A stretch of 64,000 nt of DNA from a virus. Where the stretch lies: the IMG/VR virus record IMGVR_UViG_3300045988_168563, positions 1 to 64,000 of that record, one strand, 5' to 3'. The notes under the pieces are model-generated. The model was given only the letters and a program-made list of their open reading frames with translations, was not told the origin of the DNA and searched no databases. This document shows, one piece after another, positions 41,968 through 53,084 of this stretch. The translations under genes and the position numbers were made by a program. The stretch's first letter is position 1. Each line of letters starts with the position of its first letter.

Positions 41968-42533
41968 TCAAGCTCTTCAAGAAAGAAGGGCTTGACATAG
42001 TGATCTCTGAGGAAGCCTACCTCCTCAAGCCGTTCGCCGATATCTGGAAAAGAGATAAGTCCAAGAATAAGCTAACGGCACAGCTGGAGCTGGCATTCAT
42101 ATACTTCTTTGCCGACCCCAGGTCAGAGTACCAGATGTACAATGATCCTGAGGAAAGGACAAAGATGATAGTTGAGGGTTTAGGGATGGAGTCCGGATGG
42201 GCCCCATCCCCTCTCGTTACAGAGGCTATCACTTTCTATGAGTCGTTCAAGCCCGTATCAGCTAAGCTACTGGATAGCACAAGAGGACTCATAAACAAAC
42301 TGTCGGCGTTCCTAGAGGAGATCGACTTCCGCGCTGTGGATGATAAGGGTAAGCCCCTCTATCAGCCGAATACTATCACTAACACCATCAAGCAGCTACC
42401 AGCCTTGGTGTCTACCCTTAACGAGGTAGAGAAGACCATGAACTCTGATATTGAGGAGAGCGCCGCTATCAGAGGTAGCATGAGGAAGGCTGTGGGTGAG
42501 GATGCCTTTGACTTTAGTGACGATGACGATTGA
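41964..42533 (+). CDS. hypothetical protein (terminase small subunit candidate, by position only)
   Basis: Immediately upstream of and overlapping TerL; acidic C-terminus FDFSDDDD. Confidence 0.3.
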   Translation: MIKLFKKEGLDIVISEEAYLLKPFADIWKRDKSKNKLTAQLELAFIYFFADPRSEYQMYNDPEERTKMIVEGLGMESGWAPSPLVTEAITFYESFKPVSAKLLDSTRGLINKLSAFLEEIDFRAVDDKGKPLYQPNTITNTIKQLPALVSTLNEVEKTMNSDIEESAAIRGSMRKAVGEDAFDFSDDDD

Positions 42534-44784
42534 GCTTAATGAATATCAGACACCGCTAGAGGTACTCACACCTGATATGCCTGAGGAGGTGAAGGAACAG
42601 ATGGATGACTTCATCCAGTCTGTCCCCTTCATCCAGCACCTCATAAGCCCACACCGCAAGCGCGCTAAGGACCTACCACGTGACGAGCGCGGTCGTATCA
42701 TAGTAGACATAGCCCATCCTCACATCATTGAGGATATGGATTACTTCAGGCCTGCAGCTATACACTTCGAGAAGCACGGCTGTTACACTAAGCTCAAGCC
42801 TAACACCAACCCTTCATCTCCCTTCGGGCAGTGGCTTCGTGAGGAGACAAGAAGAGTCCTTGATGGCTACGTGCGAGAGTCTGATGGCGAGTGGATCACA
42901 GGTGATCTGTACTACTACCTCAACTACAGCCCCATCATGGTCTCTAAGATCAGAGAGGACCAGCCTGGTGTTGCTGACCGCGTGGAGGCATTCCCAGAGA
43001 TGTGGGAGGGTGTGTACTGGAGATACCACTACCTGTATCAAGCGCGTAATGGAGGTATGTACAATGCCTTCCAAGGTGGTAATCATGCCTTTGAGCTAGC
43101 TCGTCGTGGTGCAGGTAAGTCCTACTCTCTGGCCTCACTCATGGCTAAGCGTCTCCTCGTCGGCGAGTCAAAGAAGGTGCAGAAGCGTGTGACTAGCGTG
43201 CTACTCGGTTATATCAAGGAGTACCTGCAAGACAAGGACGGCACGCTCTCTAAGTTTGAGCCTATGATGAACTTCGCTAGGTCTCATACCGAGTGGCCCA
43301 ATAGTCTCGTGAGGAACAGCATGAGCGATATGATGTGGCGATGTGCATACGTCAATCCTCATACTGGTGCTGTCGAAGGCAAGAACAACGTGGTCATGGG
43401 GCTGCCTGTGAAGGACGATGACTCTAAGGCGCGTGGTAAGCGTGGTTGGATCTTCATCGAGGAGTTCGGTTCGTTCCCTTCCCTCATCGACCTGTACAAC
43501 ACCATCATGTACTCTGTTGAGGAGGGTGGTGTGACCTTCGCGCTTATCTATGGGGTAGGTACGGCTGGTTCTGATGCGTCTGAGTTCTCCTCAGCACAGG
43601 AGATCATGTACCACCCTGTGGCCTACAAGGTCTATAACGTGCCTAACGTCTATGACAAGGCCACAGGTGGTAGCAAGGATCGCTTCTGCTTCTTCTTCCC
43701 TGCATACGTAAACCGTAAGGGGTGCTACAATAGTGATGGCGTGTCTGACGTAACAAGGGCTCTTTATGAGATCCTGATGGACAGGTATCGCATCAAGTAC
43801 AGCACGACTAACCAGGACACGCTGATACGAAGGATAGCGGAAATGCCTATCGTTCCTCAGGAGGCTATACTGCAGGTCAAGGCTAGCTACTTTCCATCAC
43901 ATGCGCTGAGAGAGAGGCTGGCTGAGATAGACAATGATCCCTCCTTCTATGCAGGTGTCATCTCCTGTGAGCTATCGCGCAAGGGCTATGACGTGAGTGT
44001 GCATCCTGTCAGTGACCTTCCCATCCGTAACTTCCCACTGCCAGACAATAAGTCTGCAGGGCATGTCGAGATCTTCGCTATGCCAGAGAAGGATGCTGAT
44101 GGCAAGGTGCAGCAAGGTAGATACATCGCTGGTATGGACCCATACGACAACGACCAGGCGGATACCTCATCCTTAGGATCGTTCTTCGTCTTGGACCTCT
44201 TCACTGATGAGATCGTATGTGAGTACACCGGCAGGCCTAGCTTCTCGGATGACTTCTACCGCACGTGTTGTGATATAGCCATCCTCTACGACTGCCGCAT
44301 CTGCTATGAGAATAACAAGAAGGGTCTCTTTGCGTACTGCTCAAGGTATAACCTCACACACCTCCTTGAGGATACCCTAGAGTTCCTCCGTGATAGAGAC
44401 CTCCTCAAGGCTAGGCCTATTGGTAACGCAGCTAAGGGTGTGACGGCTACCGCCGGTATCAACGCCTATGCTAGGAAGAAGTTAGCTGAATGGCTCGTGA
44501 TGCCTGTGAGTGTCACACGTCAGACAGATGAGGGTGAGGTCTATGATTATGAGATACCCAATCTCTGCAGGATAAAGAATCGCGCTCTTCTTCAGGAGCT
44601 GATAGCTTGGAACGACATAGGTAACTTCGACCGCGTGTCAGCTATGGGTATCCTCATGCTATACCGCGAGTCGATGCTCATCAGCTTCCAAGAGCACGAT
44701 GAGGAGAAGCAAGAAGAGATAGATCAGAAGATGAACTTCTTTGATCGCAATCTGCGTGGCGGTAAGAGCAACCCTTATCTTTAA
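42523..44784 (+). CDS. terL: terminase large subunit
   Basis: Walker A ARRGAGKS, Walker B WIFIEEFG, nuclease-domain GMDPYDND. Start taken at ATG 42523 (MTIELNEY); the track start 42496 is GTG. Confidence 0.8.
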   Translation: MTIELNEYQTPLEVLTPDMPEEVKEQMDDFIQSVPFIQHLISPHRKRAKDLPRDERGRIIVDIAHPHIIEDMDYFRPAAIHFEKHGCYTKLKPNTNPSSPFGQWLREETRRVLDGYVRESDGEWITGDLYYYLNYSPIMVSKIREDQPGVADRVEAFPEMWEGVYWRYHYLYQARNGGMYNAFQGGNHAFELARRGAGKSYSLASLMAKRLLVGESKKVQKRVTSVLLGYIKEYLQDKDGTLSKFEPMMNFARSHTEWPNSLVRNSMSDMMWRCAYVNPHTGAVEGKNNVVMGLPVKDDDSKARGKRGWIFIEEFGSFPSLIDLYNTIMYSVEEGGVTFALIYGVGTAGSDASEFSSAQEIMYHPVAYKVYNVPNVYDKATGGSKDRFCFFFPAYVNRKGCYNSDGVSDVTRALYEILMDRYRIKYSTTNQDTLIRRIAEMPIVPQEAILQVKASYFPSHALRERLAEIDNDPSFYAGVISCELSRKGYDVSVHPVSDLPIRNFPLPDNKSAGHVEIFAMPEKDADGKVQQGRYIAGMDPYDNDQADTSSLGSFFVLDLFTDEIVCEYTGRPSFSDDFYRTCCDIAILYDCRICYENNKKGLFAYCSRYNLTHLLEDTLEFLRDRDLLKARPIGNAAKGVTATAGINAYARKKLAEWLVMPVSVTRQTDEGEVYDYEIPNLCRIKNRALLQELIAWNDIGNFDRVSAMGILMLYRESMLISFQEHDEEKQEEIDQKMNFFDRNLRGGKSNPYL

Positions 44785-44809
44785 GCCTAAATAGTCTATC
44801 AGGGTTAGT

Positions 44810-47227
44810 ATGAACGAAAAGAAACAAAAGGGTGGATTTCCTCAACAGAATCTCCCTAATAGCAAGAAGACACGTGACTGGTGTATCCAGTGCGTGGACT
44901 GGGCGAAGGGTACATCCTCTGTGGTTTCCTCATCGTCCGTAAGACACAGCATCGCAAGGAAGAAGATCAACTATGACCTCATGAATGGTATCATCCATGA
45001 GGAGGACATGGCGTCCTTCTTCAACCCTTATGGCTTCGCTGACTCCGATGCGCCTGGTAAGATTCAGCACTTCCCCATCATCAACTCTAAGATCAACGTC
45101 CTCCTTGGTGAAGAGTCGCGTAGGCCTTTTGACTATCGTGTCATAGTGACCAACCCCACCGCGGTGTCAGACATGGAGGAGATGAAGAAGCAGCAGGTGA
45201 TGGAGAACATCATGGCTGTCATGGAATCAGGTATCACCGATGAAGCTGAACTCAAGGAAGCCTTCAACGAGATACAGCATAGGTACGCTTATAAGTGGCA
45301 GGACCTACGCGAGATTCGTGGTAATGCCTTCCTCAAGCACTACTCTTCTGAACTCTCACTGCCGCTGATGTTCAACAAGGGATTCCTTGATGCGCTCATC
45401 GTAGGTGAGGAGATCTATAGGTGTGATATCGTAGCTGGTGAGCCTACTATCGAACGTCTCGACCCTATGAAGGTGCGAGTCTTCAAGTCTGGATCATCGG
45501 GTAGCATTGAAGATGCTGACATCGTCGTAGTGGAGGACTACTGGTCCCCTTCACGCATCCTAGATATCTATGGAGATAACCTGTCAAGGGAAGAGATCGA
45601 TAAGATACACTCTGGCTCTTCCTCAGGACTTATAGGTGGTGAAGGAGATAACTTCACCGTCGCAGAGATGTTCGGTCGCTTTGGTATCCATTACTCTGGA
45701 CCAAACGACACGGCTATCTATAATGGGTCTACTGTGGCTTCCTCATTGACACCATACGACTTTGAGGGAAACGTCCGCGTCATGCAGGTCTATTGGAAGT
45801 CCATCAGGCAGGTGAAGAAGATCACCTCTATCGACCCTATGACCGGTGCTGAGGTGTCTACCCTAATGCCCAGTGACTACAAGGTAGATGAGCTCGCAGG
45901 TGAGACAGCGAAGATCATGTATATCAACGAGGCCTGGGAAGGTGTACTCATCGGAGACGACATCTACGCTAACCTCGGTCCCAGGAAGATTCAGTTCAAC
46001 AGGCTGTCTAATCCTTCCAAGTGCCACTTCGGTATAGTAGGTAGTATCTACAACCTCAGCGAGGACAAGCCTTACTCCCTCGTCGATATGATGAAGCCGT
46101 ATAGCTACATGTACAACCTTGTGCATGACAAGCTCAACAAGATCATCTACGACAATATCGGTAAGGTAGTCCAGCTGGATATGGCTAAGCTCCCAGCCGA
46201 GATGAAGTACGAGAAGTGGTGGTCTATTCTGAGGAAGATGAAGATGGTCGTGACCAATTCATTTGAGGAAGGGAAGGTTGGTGTAGCTAAGGGTAAGCTA
46301 GCCGGCGCGCTGAATAACAACGTAGCTGCCTCTATCGACCTTGACCTCTCCTCATCGATCATGAACCACGTCCAGCTTCTAGCCTCTATCAAGGAGGAGA
46401 TGGCTGACGTGGCTGGTATTTCAAGACAGCGAGAAGGTCAGATCTACAATAGGGAGACTGTAGGAGGTGTCGAGCGCGCCACGCTGCAGTCCTCGTATAT
46501 CACCGAGTGGATCTTCACTATCCACGAGGATGTGAAGAAGCGCGCGCTAGAATGCTTCCTTGAGGTTGCAAAGATTTCACTACGCTATGGGTCAAAGAAG
46601 TTTGAGTACATCCTACCAGACCAGTCTAGGCAGATCATGTCTGTCGGAGGAGAAGAGTTTGCAGAGTGCGACTATGGTATCACTATTGATTCTTCTCGTG
46701 GGACGATGGAGATCAATCAGAAGCTGGATATGCTGGCTCAGGCCGCTCTCCAAAATCAGGCCATTGACTTCTCTGCTATCATCAAACTCTACCAGTCTAC
46801 CTCAATATCTGAGAAGGCAAGTATCATTGAGCAAGGTGAGCAGGCTATGCGTCAACGCCAGGCTGAGCAGATGCAGGCTCAACAGCAAGCTGAACAACAG
46901 GCTGCAGAACAGCAAATGCAGCTCAAGATGGCTGAGCTCGATCTCAAGGACCGAATTAGTCAACGTGAAGTGGACGCCCAGCTTGAGATTGCTAAGATGA
47001 AGGAAGCGTTCGGCTTCGGTCAGACGATCTTCCGTATCGACGACGACGTATTCTCTGAGGAAGAGCAGAGGACTCTTGAGCAGTCTGATAGGCAGTTCGA
47101 TGAGAAGATGAAGCTCGAGAAGGAGAAGCTGGAAGCGAACAACAAATACAAGCAGCGACAACTGGAGATCCAGGAGCAAGCTGCAAAGGCAGCCAGTGCC
47201 AAGGTGGTATCTGGTAAAAAGAAGTAG
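44810..47227 (+). CDS. portal protein
   Basis: 805 aa directly after TerL; Q/E-rich coiled C-terminal region. Call is based on size and position; no motif check was possible. Confidence 0.65.
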   Translation: MNEKKQKGGFPQQNLPNSKKTRDWCIQCVDWAKGTSSVVSSSSVRHSIARKKINYDLMNGIIHEEDMASFFNPYGFADSDAPGKIQHFPIINSKINVLLGEESRRPFDYRVIVTNPTAVSDMEEMKKQQVMENIMAVMESGITDEAELKEAFNEIQHRYAYKWQDLREIRGNAFLKHYSSELSLPLMFNKGFLDALIVGEEIYRCDIVAGEPTIERLDPMKVRVFKSGSSGSIEDADIVVVEDYWSPSRILDIYGDNLSREEIDKIHSGSSSGLIGGEGDNFTVAEMFGRFGIHYSGPNDTAIYNGSTVASSLTPYDFEGNVRVMQVYWKSIRQVKKITSIDPMTGAEVSTLMPSDYKVDELAGETAKIMYINEAWEGVLIGDDIYANLGPRKIQFNRLSNPSKCHFGIVGSIYNLSEDKPYSLVDMMKPYSYMYNLVHDKLNKIIYDNIGKVVQLDMAKLPAEMKYEKWWSILRKMKMVVTNSFEEGKVGVAKGKLAGALNNNVAASIDLDLSSSIMNHVQLLASIKEEMADVAGISRQREGQIYNRETVGGVERATLQSSYITEWIFTIHEDVKKRALECFLEVAKISLRYGSKKFEYILPDQSRQIMSVGGEEFAECDYGITIDSSRGTMEINQKLDMLAQAALQNQAIDFSAIIKLYQSTSISEKASIIEQGEQAMRQRQAEQMQAQQQAEQQAAEQQMQLKMAELDLKDRISQREVDAQLEIAKMKEAFGFGQTIFRIDDDVFSEEEQRTLEQSDRQFDEKMKLEKEKLEANNKYKQRQLEIQEQAAKAASAKVVSGKKK

Positions 47228-47234
47228 TTAATAT

Positions 47235-49361
47235 ATGAGTAACATTTTCGAGTTAAGGGATAAGATGACCTCCCTTACAGGTAGGAGGGATACGGACTTC
47301 CCAGAGTCCGCCCCACTCCGAGGAGATGAGAAGATTCCTATCGTGCAGGGCAACGTCAATGTCCTGGCCACGGTAGCGGACCTCCTCTCTGTGGATCAGT
47401 CAACCTACCACTCCGTGCCTCCTAGCGTACGGACTATCGAAGCTCTGATGGATTACGTCGACAAGAAGCAGATCCCCTCGTTCAAGACGGCGGGATCTGT
47501 CTACTCATACTTCGATATGGACTCAGGTCTGTGGGAAGTGGTGAGGTACATCGGTGCGTCGACGCGATCTGAGGATGTTAAGAACGTGGGTAACTGGGAA
47601 TGGCTCTCCTCAGGATCAAGTTCCTTCAAGGGACTCTTCGGCACCAAGCGTGAGCTTGAGGTAGCTGTCCGTCGTCCAAGGGTAGGCGATCACGCCTTCG
47701 TGGGTGAGACGCTCGTCACCTCCACGATGTACAAGTGTCGTCTTGATGGCTTCTGGGAAGCATCAAGCACTAATCCCTTCCAGGACTTCATCTCCGGGCA
47801 GGGATACATCGTTTCTGAACCTACCGAGTATTTCGGTGCGCCTATTGAGGAGATCATCGCTGACAGGGCTATCGCCGACAGTGAGGGTCATGTGATCTCA
47901 CAGACCTATGTCACGAGGTGTATGCTTGAGGAAGCAGTGCAGTACGCAAAGGGTAACATCGGTATTGAGGATCTCTCCCCTGAGGTCATCGCTTACCTCA
48001 TTGGCATCCGTACTACTGGCATCCTTCCTAACAGTGAGGACCTGAAGTTCAACGATAAGAACGAGCTGTCCTTCGCAGACCGCAAGGCTTCCGAGGAAGA
48101 GTATCTCGGGTATGGGTATGTCTACATGAGGAAGAACATAGTCGACAAGACCAACCTCCTCGAGCAGCACATGATCGATAAGGAGAACACCATCTATGAT
48201 GTTCGCTATACCTACGATCTTGATGGGCAGACTATCAACATCCCTAGTAACACTGTCCTCGACCTCACCAGCGGTGGTGCTTTCAAGAATGGTAAGATCC
48301 GCGTCGGCGAGAACGTTATCATCAAGGTCTTTCGTATGGACCAGATCTGTGTAGATGTCGAAGGTGATCCCAAGTACATCGATGCAGTGAGGAAGGGTGA
48401 TAAGGGTGATCCCGGTGAGAGAGGTGCTGATGGCGCTCGTGGTCCACAGGGTCTCCCCGGTCGTGATGGCGCAGAAGGTCGTCCTGGTAGGGATGGTATA
48501 GATGGAAGGCCCGGTCGTGATGGTCGTGATGGTATCAACGGCTCTAACGGCGCTAATGGTAAGGATGGTGCCCCTGGTATCACGCCTAGGTTCAAGGTAG
48601 AGGATAATAAGCTCTATGTCTCTTACGACAATAAGCATACGTGGGAATGGCTGTACACCTTCACCAGCGGTGGTGGTGTAGTACCAGCCCCAGAGCCTAG
48701 CCCTACCCCTGATCCTACGCCTAAGCCTCCTACACCACAGCCGGATCCTACTCCTAACCCTCCTCAACCAGAACCAGAGCAACCTTCACAGCCCTCTTGC
48801 TCGTTCGTCTTCCTCAATCGCGCAGACTATAACCTTGCGTCGTATCACGCTGGACTACCAGAGGGGATCTACGCATACCAGGTCTGTGAGGAAGGTAATG
48901 GAAAGAGAAAGGACTTTGGCAAGATCCTGTCTGTAACTAGGATGCCTGAACGCGACAAGCCCAACGAGAAGTGCGGTCCTGAAGAGTTCGTAAGTCCTAT
49001 CATTCAGGATGAGATTCCTGTCGACTACGTGGATGTGGTGCAGTTTGTAGAGGACGTTGTCCCCAACGGCACTCGTGGTGTCCTCTCAGTACTCCTGAGG
49101 AAGGGCGAGGCACGTAGGTACGATGAGAAGACTATCGACGCACTCCTCGATAAGTACGCACGCCTAGAGCTCGCTACGTACTCCCTCTGTGAGGTGGTGA
49201 GGGATGGTCGCACCACGCTCGTCTACAAGCGCGTAGGCATCCTCGGTCCTATCAATAGGGATAGCGATGTCCTCTGCACTGTAGTGGATAAGGCTACCAT
49301 CGTGAGAGAACTGTCAGCAAGAACGTCTAACTTCCCATTTGTCAAGTATGTCAAGAATTAG
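47235..49361 (+). CDS. collagen-repeat fibre protein (head or tail fibre)
   Basis: About 20 uninterrupted G-X-Y triplets (aa 388-448), then a Pro-rich linker [37 protein letters not shown] (aa 483-520). Confidence 0.6.
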   Translation: MSNIFELRDKMTSLTGRRDTDFPESAPLRGDEKIPIVQGNVNVLATVADLLSVDQSTYHSVPPSVRTIEALMDYVDKKQIPSFKTAGSVYSYFDMDSGLWEVVRYIGASTRSEDVKNVGNWEWLSSGSSSFKGLFGTKRELEVAVRRPRVGDHAFVGETLVTSTMYKCRLDGFWEASSTNPFQDFISGQGYIVSEPTEYFGAPIEEIIADRAIADSEGHVISQTYVTRCMLEEAVQYAKGNIGIEDLSPEVIAYLIGIRTTGILPNSEDLKFNDKNELSFADRKASEEEYLGYGYVYMRKNIVDKTNLLEQHMIDKENTIYDVRYTYDLDGQTINIPSNTVLDLTSGGAFKNGKIRVGENVIIKVFRMDQICVDVEGDPKYIDAVRKGDKGDPGERGADGARGPQGLPGRDGAEGRPGRDGIDGRPGRDGRDGINGSNGANGKDGAPGITPRFKVEDNKLYVSYDNKHTWEWLYTFTSGGGVVPAPEPSPTPDPTPKPPTPQPDPTPNPPQPEPEQPSQPSCSFVFLNRADYNLASYHAGLPEGIYAYQVCEEGNGKRKDFGKILSVTRMPERDKPNEKCGPEEFVSPIIQDEIPVDYVDVVQFVEDVVPNGTRGVLSVLLRKGEARRYDEKTIDALLDKYARLELATYSLCEVVRDGRTTLVYKRVGILGPINRDSDVLCTVVDKATIVRELSARTSNFPFVKYVKN
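48396..48578 (+). repeat. collagen-like G-X-Y repeat tract inside CDS 47235..49361
   Basis: [61 protein letters not shown]. Confidence 0.9.
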
Positions 49362-50265
49362 AATTTGCAGAATCAACAAGCCCGGACATCCGCTCCATGG
49401 GCTTGTGGTGAACTACCGCAATGCCGACGAGAATGAAGGCGGCGGTGGTGGCGGTGGAGCTGTTACTACCGACAAGGAGGCTATCAAGAGTCTTATCTCT
49501 GAGGAGATGTACAGTGGTCATATCGGCGTAGGCGTACATCTTGTCGCGCAGGCAGAGGCTACCAATGACGGCATGAACAACGCTGTTGTACGCCCTCAGC
49601 TTGGATCTTACCTCGATATCACCGACGAGACCTTCAACAAGCTGAAGGACAATGTCAGCAGGCTGAAGATCAGGTGTGGTGACTTTGAGAGCTCCTTCAG
49701 GTTTGACTACAGGCCTCACCTCGACAGGGAGACCTATGACTTCCCTGACAACAAGACAATCGGCAACTTCGATCTCTATGGCTCTGCAGGTAGAAGGCTT
49801 CACATCGATGAGTTCGTCTGGGGACAGATCCTCAACAACGCTGCTCGTGAGGAACGCAGGACGAATGTATTCATCCCTAGCGGCACTGGAGATAGGGACT
49901 TCTTAGCTATTACGGCTAGAAGGGTAGCACCAGATCAGCTTAACAGGATTGGTGACCTGTCTCTCAACAGCCCAGCTATGGTCGAGAAGTTCGTCCAGTC
50001 ATCCGCTCCTCTTCCTTATGGGCGTGCTAACTCAGCTATCCTCTCCAGGGAAGCTAACTGGGGAGATCTCATGATGCCTAACGCCAACGCATCAGGTTAT
50101 CCGACTCAGGAAGTGATGTACACCATTGAGTTCCTTGATGGCTCGTCCTTCTCTGGCAGTGCTACCGTTGAAGTGCGTCCTACCTTCTCTACCTACACAG
50201 CCTCTAGGCTCCTGAGGAAGGATGAAGATGGCTGGAGATATGGCTTTATCAAATTCCATGCATGA
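49348..50265 (+). CDS. structural (fibre-associated) protein, RICRI-KPG N-terminal module, paralog A
   Basis: Start at ATG 49348 ([18 protein letters not shown]). Contains a G7 linker. Shares its N-terminal module with the next gene. Confidence 0.5.
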   Translation: MSRIRICRINKPGHPLHGLVVNYRNADENEGGGGGGGAVTTDKEAIKSLISEEMYSGHIGVGVHLVAQAEATNDGMNNAVVRPQLGSYLDITDETFNKLKDNVSRLKIRCGDFESSFRFDYRPHLDRETYDFPDNKTIGNFDLYGSAGRRLHIDEFVWGQILNNAAREERRTNVFIPSGTGDRDFLAITARRVAPDQLNRIGDLSLNSPAMVEKFVQSSAPLPYGRANSAILSREANWGDLMMPNANASGYPTQEVMYTIEFLDGSSFSGSATVEVRPTFSTYTASRLLRKDEDGWRYGFIKFHA

Positions 50266-50321
50266 TGGAGCTCGCGTTTCAGATCGCAGTAGCAGTCGTA
50301 ATACTAATCGTAATTTTAAGT

Positions 50322-51149
50322 ATGGCAAAAATCAAATATAGGATCTGCCGAATCGTCAAGCCTGGATCGCCCCTTAACGGTCAGATCGTCAGTAAGACGA
50401 TAGTAGATGACAGTAGGGAAGGGCAGCCAGAGTGGACACCACGTGTTGGTGAGTACGTCTGGATGGATATGCAGAACGGCGGCAGCTCAGCTAAGCCAGT
50501 AGCTGGTGCGCCTTCCTACTGGAAGACCATGGTCCTCTCTACAAGTGGCAAGACCTTCCAGGAGCTTACCGTCAATGCGGAGGACTACAGGAAGAGAGCT
50601 AACACGCCTGGAGGTATAGACTCTCTCTACCCAAGGTTCGCGCTCCTGCAGTACGACTCTAATCTTCAGCCTAAGGCTGTTGTCGATGATGTACATTCTC
50701 TTGTTGGTTACACTGGCGGTGAAGTGCTTGGTCTGTATACGTCTGGTGATAACAATGCTTACGTCATTGCAAATGCCATCAAGTCCAATGGTTCATCTCC
50801 AGTGTCCACGCACTTCGTCTTTATGTCTACGACTGATCTAAAGAAGAGGGATGAAGCATCATATAAGCTCCGCAATTCGGACTTCAGTCATAGCGATAAA
50901 CCGAAGGCTGAAGTTGTCTCTTACCTCAAGACTCTCGGCGCAAAGATGGGTATCGACACATCTGGCGCTACAGAGTACACGACACAAGAGTTCCGCTTCC
51001 CATCAGCATACCACTTCTATGGTGATACGCCAGATGAGAATGGCATGTTTGCCTTTGTGCAGTACACGCTAGTTCTACCCAATGGAGACCAGCGCGTGAG
51101 TGTACTTGTCAAGGACATCCATGATGAAGGATATAGTGATCATCTTTAA
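50322..51149 (+). CDS. structural (fibre-associated) protein, RICRI-KPG N-terminal module, paralog B
   Basis: Start chosen at ATG 50322 (MAKIKYRICRIVKPGSPLNG) by homology with paralog A. The track start 50262 adds a hydrophobic 20 aa. Confidence 0.45.
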   Translation: MAKIKYRICRIVKPGSPLNGQIVSKTIVDDSREGQPEWTPRVGEYVWMDMQNGGSSAKPVAGAPSYWKTMVLSTSGKTFQELTVNAEDYRKRANTPGGIDSLYPRFALLQYDSNLQPKAVVDDVHSLVGYTGGEVLGLYTSGDNNAYVIANAIKSNGSSPVSTHFVFMSTTDLKKRDEASYKLRNSDFSHSDKPKAEVVSYLKTLGAKMGIDTSGATEYTTQEFRFPSAYHFYGDTPDENGMFAFVQYTLVLPNGDQRVSVLVKDIHDEGYSDHL

Positions 51150-51158
51150 TAATCAGCT

Positions 51159-53081
51159 ATGATATCTAAAGAAAACATAATAGAGTCCCTCAAGGCTCTT
51201 ACCAAGAATCTCTTGAGGTCTAGCAGCGGTATCACTGTGGCTGATGGCACTGTCATTGGCAGTGCATCATCTGAGGAGGTTGTGGCTAATATGCCCAACC
51301 TCATCTTCCGCAGTGTGCCGGAGCTGAGGAAGGTAGACCCACTGATCCTCTATGATGGTATCTCTAAGGCTGGGGAGCTGACAAGGTATGACTACAAGGG
51401 TAATCCCTGGGAGAACCTAGTCCTTGATATGTACTCTGGCGGTGAGCACGTCTACCATAGGGAGATTGACCTTGGCGTAGCGCTGATGTTTAATATCATC
51501 GAAGCAGGTGTTCCTCAAAGTGTAGTTACAAAGGAGATCTTTGATAAGTTCGAGAACTGGAGGTTTAACTATCCTGTCCTTAGGTATCACCTCTGCCACT
51601 TCAATATGAAGCTGAGGAGAGGTGATGAAGACACGGAGACGAGGATTCCACTCTTCTACGAGTTGAAGAACGCGCCACATCTGGCATTCTATCGTTGCGT
51701 AGACCCAGAGACGAACTTCTCTACTGACCACGACCCACTCTTTGGTGGATGGCTGAGGCTGATGTATGCTCTCCCTCGCAATGAGCACTCTAAGAAGATC
51801 CTTCTCCTCCTCAAGGACACTCTGGCAAAGTACCCTATCAATGGCAACATTGACTACCTCCTTGGTAATGAAGGTATGCACTTTGGTGGTCTTAGTGTGA
51901 ATGAGTTTGAGAATGTAGGCAATCACATGCCTGCAGAGGTGGAAGAGCTGAAGATGACCATTCAGGCGGACCCAGGTCCAGCAACATCAGTCTTTGATGG
52001 TATCTCTGCCAGGGCTGCCTTTGCCTGCGCTAAGGTGAACCCCAGTATCACGTTCAAGTCAGGGCATATCAATAACTGTCACGCAATGTTCAAGGGTGTG
52101 CGTGGTACTACTACTGATCCTGAGCGAATGAAGAATGAGGTGTACTTCTCTCCCTGTAAGCTCAAGATTGGCTATGAGGGTAAGAAGTATGCGTCAGCTG
52201 ACTATCCTTACTTTGGACTAGTGCCTACCACCATCGCGGACTGTTTCAAGTTCTCTTACCTCAACCAGAAGAGCTATGATGAGTTCTTCCTCAAGGCTAA
52301 CTTCAGGCACTGCCGAGACTTCTCTGGCGCTTTCGCTGAGCAGGTCTTCAATAGGGTCTTCAATGCTGAGGAGGATGGCTTTACTCCTGAGATGGTAGGT
52401 CACGGATCATTCGGTGACTACGGTAAGATCACGATCAAAGACCCAGCACTCTATGATGAGCACGGATTTCGTAGGGTTGATCCTGTGGCGTTCTCCGTGT
52501 GGTACCCAGGTATGGATGACTACGACAAGGACAAGAAGCGCTGGTCAGTAAATCCCACCGGTGGTATCTCCTATATGTGTAAGTACTCTCACGTGGCTGT
52601 CATCGAACCGATCATCGATTGTACTTATCTTTACACCGATGCTCAGCTGTACCAGGCCTTCCACTGTCCTCCTGGTCAGGTTAACTGGCCTGGCTATCGC
52701 GGCCTGAGGAGCCAGATACAAAGTCTGAGGCTTAGGAATCTTGGTAATAGGGACTACAACTTCGCAGGTACTGTCACTGACTGGGCTACGACCAACAACC
52801 CAGACTGGAACCTTGAGTCTCTTGACAGAGAGTCTGTGGTCTATCTCCTCAACAACATGAGGGATCAGTCTCTCTACGTAAATGGTAAGGAAGACGAACT
52901 CTTCCTTCTCGGTCCATCCTTCAGTCTTAGGATCCCTGAAAAGTGGGAAGCCTACATGACTGGTGGTATGGTGGCCTCGCTCATGAGGAAGGGATGGAGA
53001 GTCTACATCGGCAATGACACCAAGAGCCTTGAGGACTACATCGTATGCACTGAGGAAGAAGAAGAACCAGATTTTTTATAG
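51159..53081 (+). CDS. large virion structural protein (tail/fibre module)
   Basis: 640 aa ORF between portal and capsid genes; no motif recognised. Confidence 0.5.
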   Translation: MISKENIIESLKALTKNLLRSSSGITVADGTVIGSASSEEVVANMPNLIFRSVPELRKVDPLILYDGISKAGELTRYDYKGNPWENLVLDMYSGGEHVYHREIDLGVALMFNIIEAGVPQSVVTKEIFDKFENWRFNYPVLRYHLCHFNMKLRRGDEDTETRIPLFYELKNAPHLAFYRCVDPETNFSTDHDPLFGGWLRLMYALPRNEHSKKILLLLKDTLAKYPINGNIDYLLGNEGMHFGGLSVNEFENVGNHMPAEVEELKMTIQADPGPATSVFDGISARAAFACAKVNPSITFKSGHINNCHAMFKGVRGTTTDPERMKNEVYFSPCKLKIGYEGKKYASADYPYFGLVPTTIADCFKFSYLNQKSYDEFFLKANFRHCRDFSGAFAEQVFNRVFNAEEDGFTPEMVGHGSFGDYGKITIKDPALYDEHGFRRVDPVAFSVWYPGMDDYDKDKKRWSVNPTGGISYMCKYSHVAVIEPIIDCTYLYTDAQLYQAFHCPPGQVNWPGYRGLRSQIQSLRLRNLGNRDYNFAGTVTDWATTNNPDWNLESLDRESVVYLLNNMRDQSLYVNGKEDELFLLGPSFSLRIPEKWEAYMTGGMVASLMRKGWRVYIGNDTKSLEDYIVCTEEEEEPDFL

Positions 53082-53084
53082 AAT

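Noticed and set aside
50262-50321. Hydrophobic 20-aa N-terminal extension ([20 protein letters not shown]) of the second RICRI-KPG paralog
   Set aside because: The paralog upstream starts directly at the conserved module, so ATG 50322 is preferred. A membrane-anchored isoform cannot be excluded.
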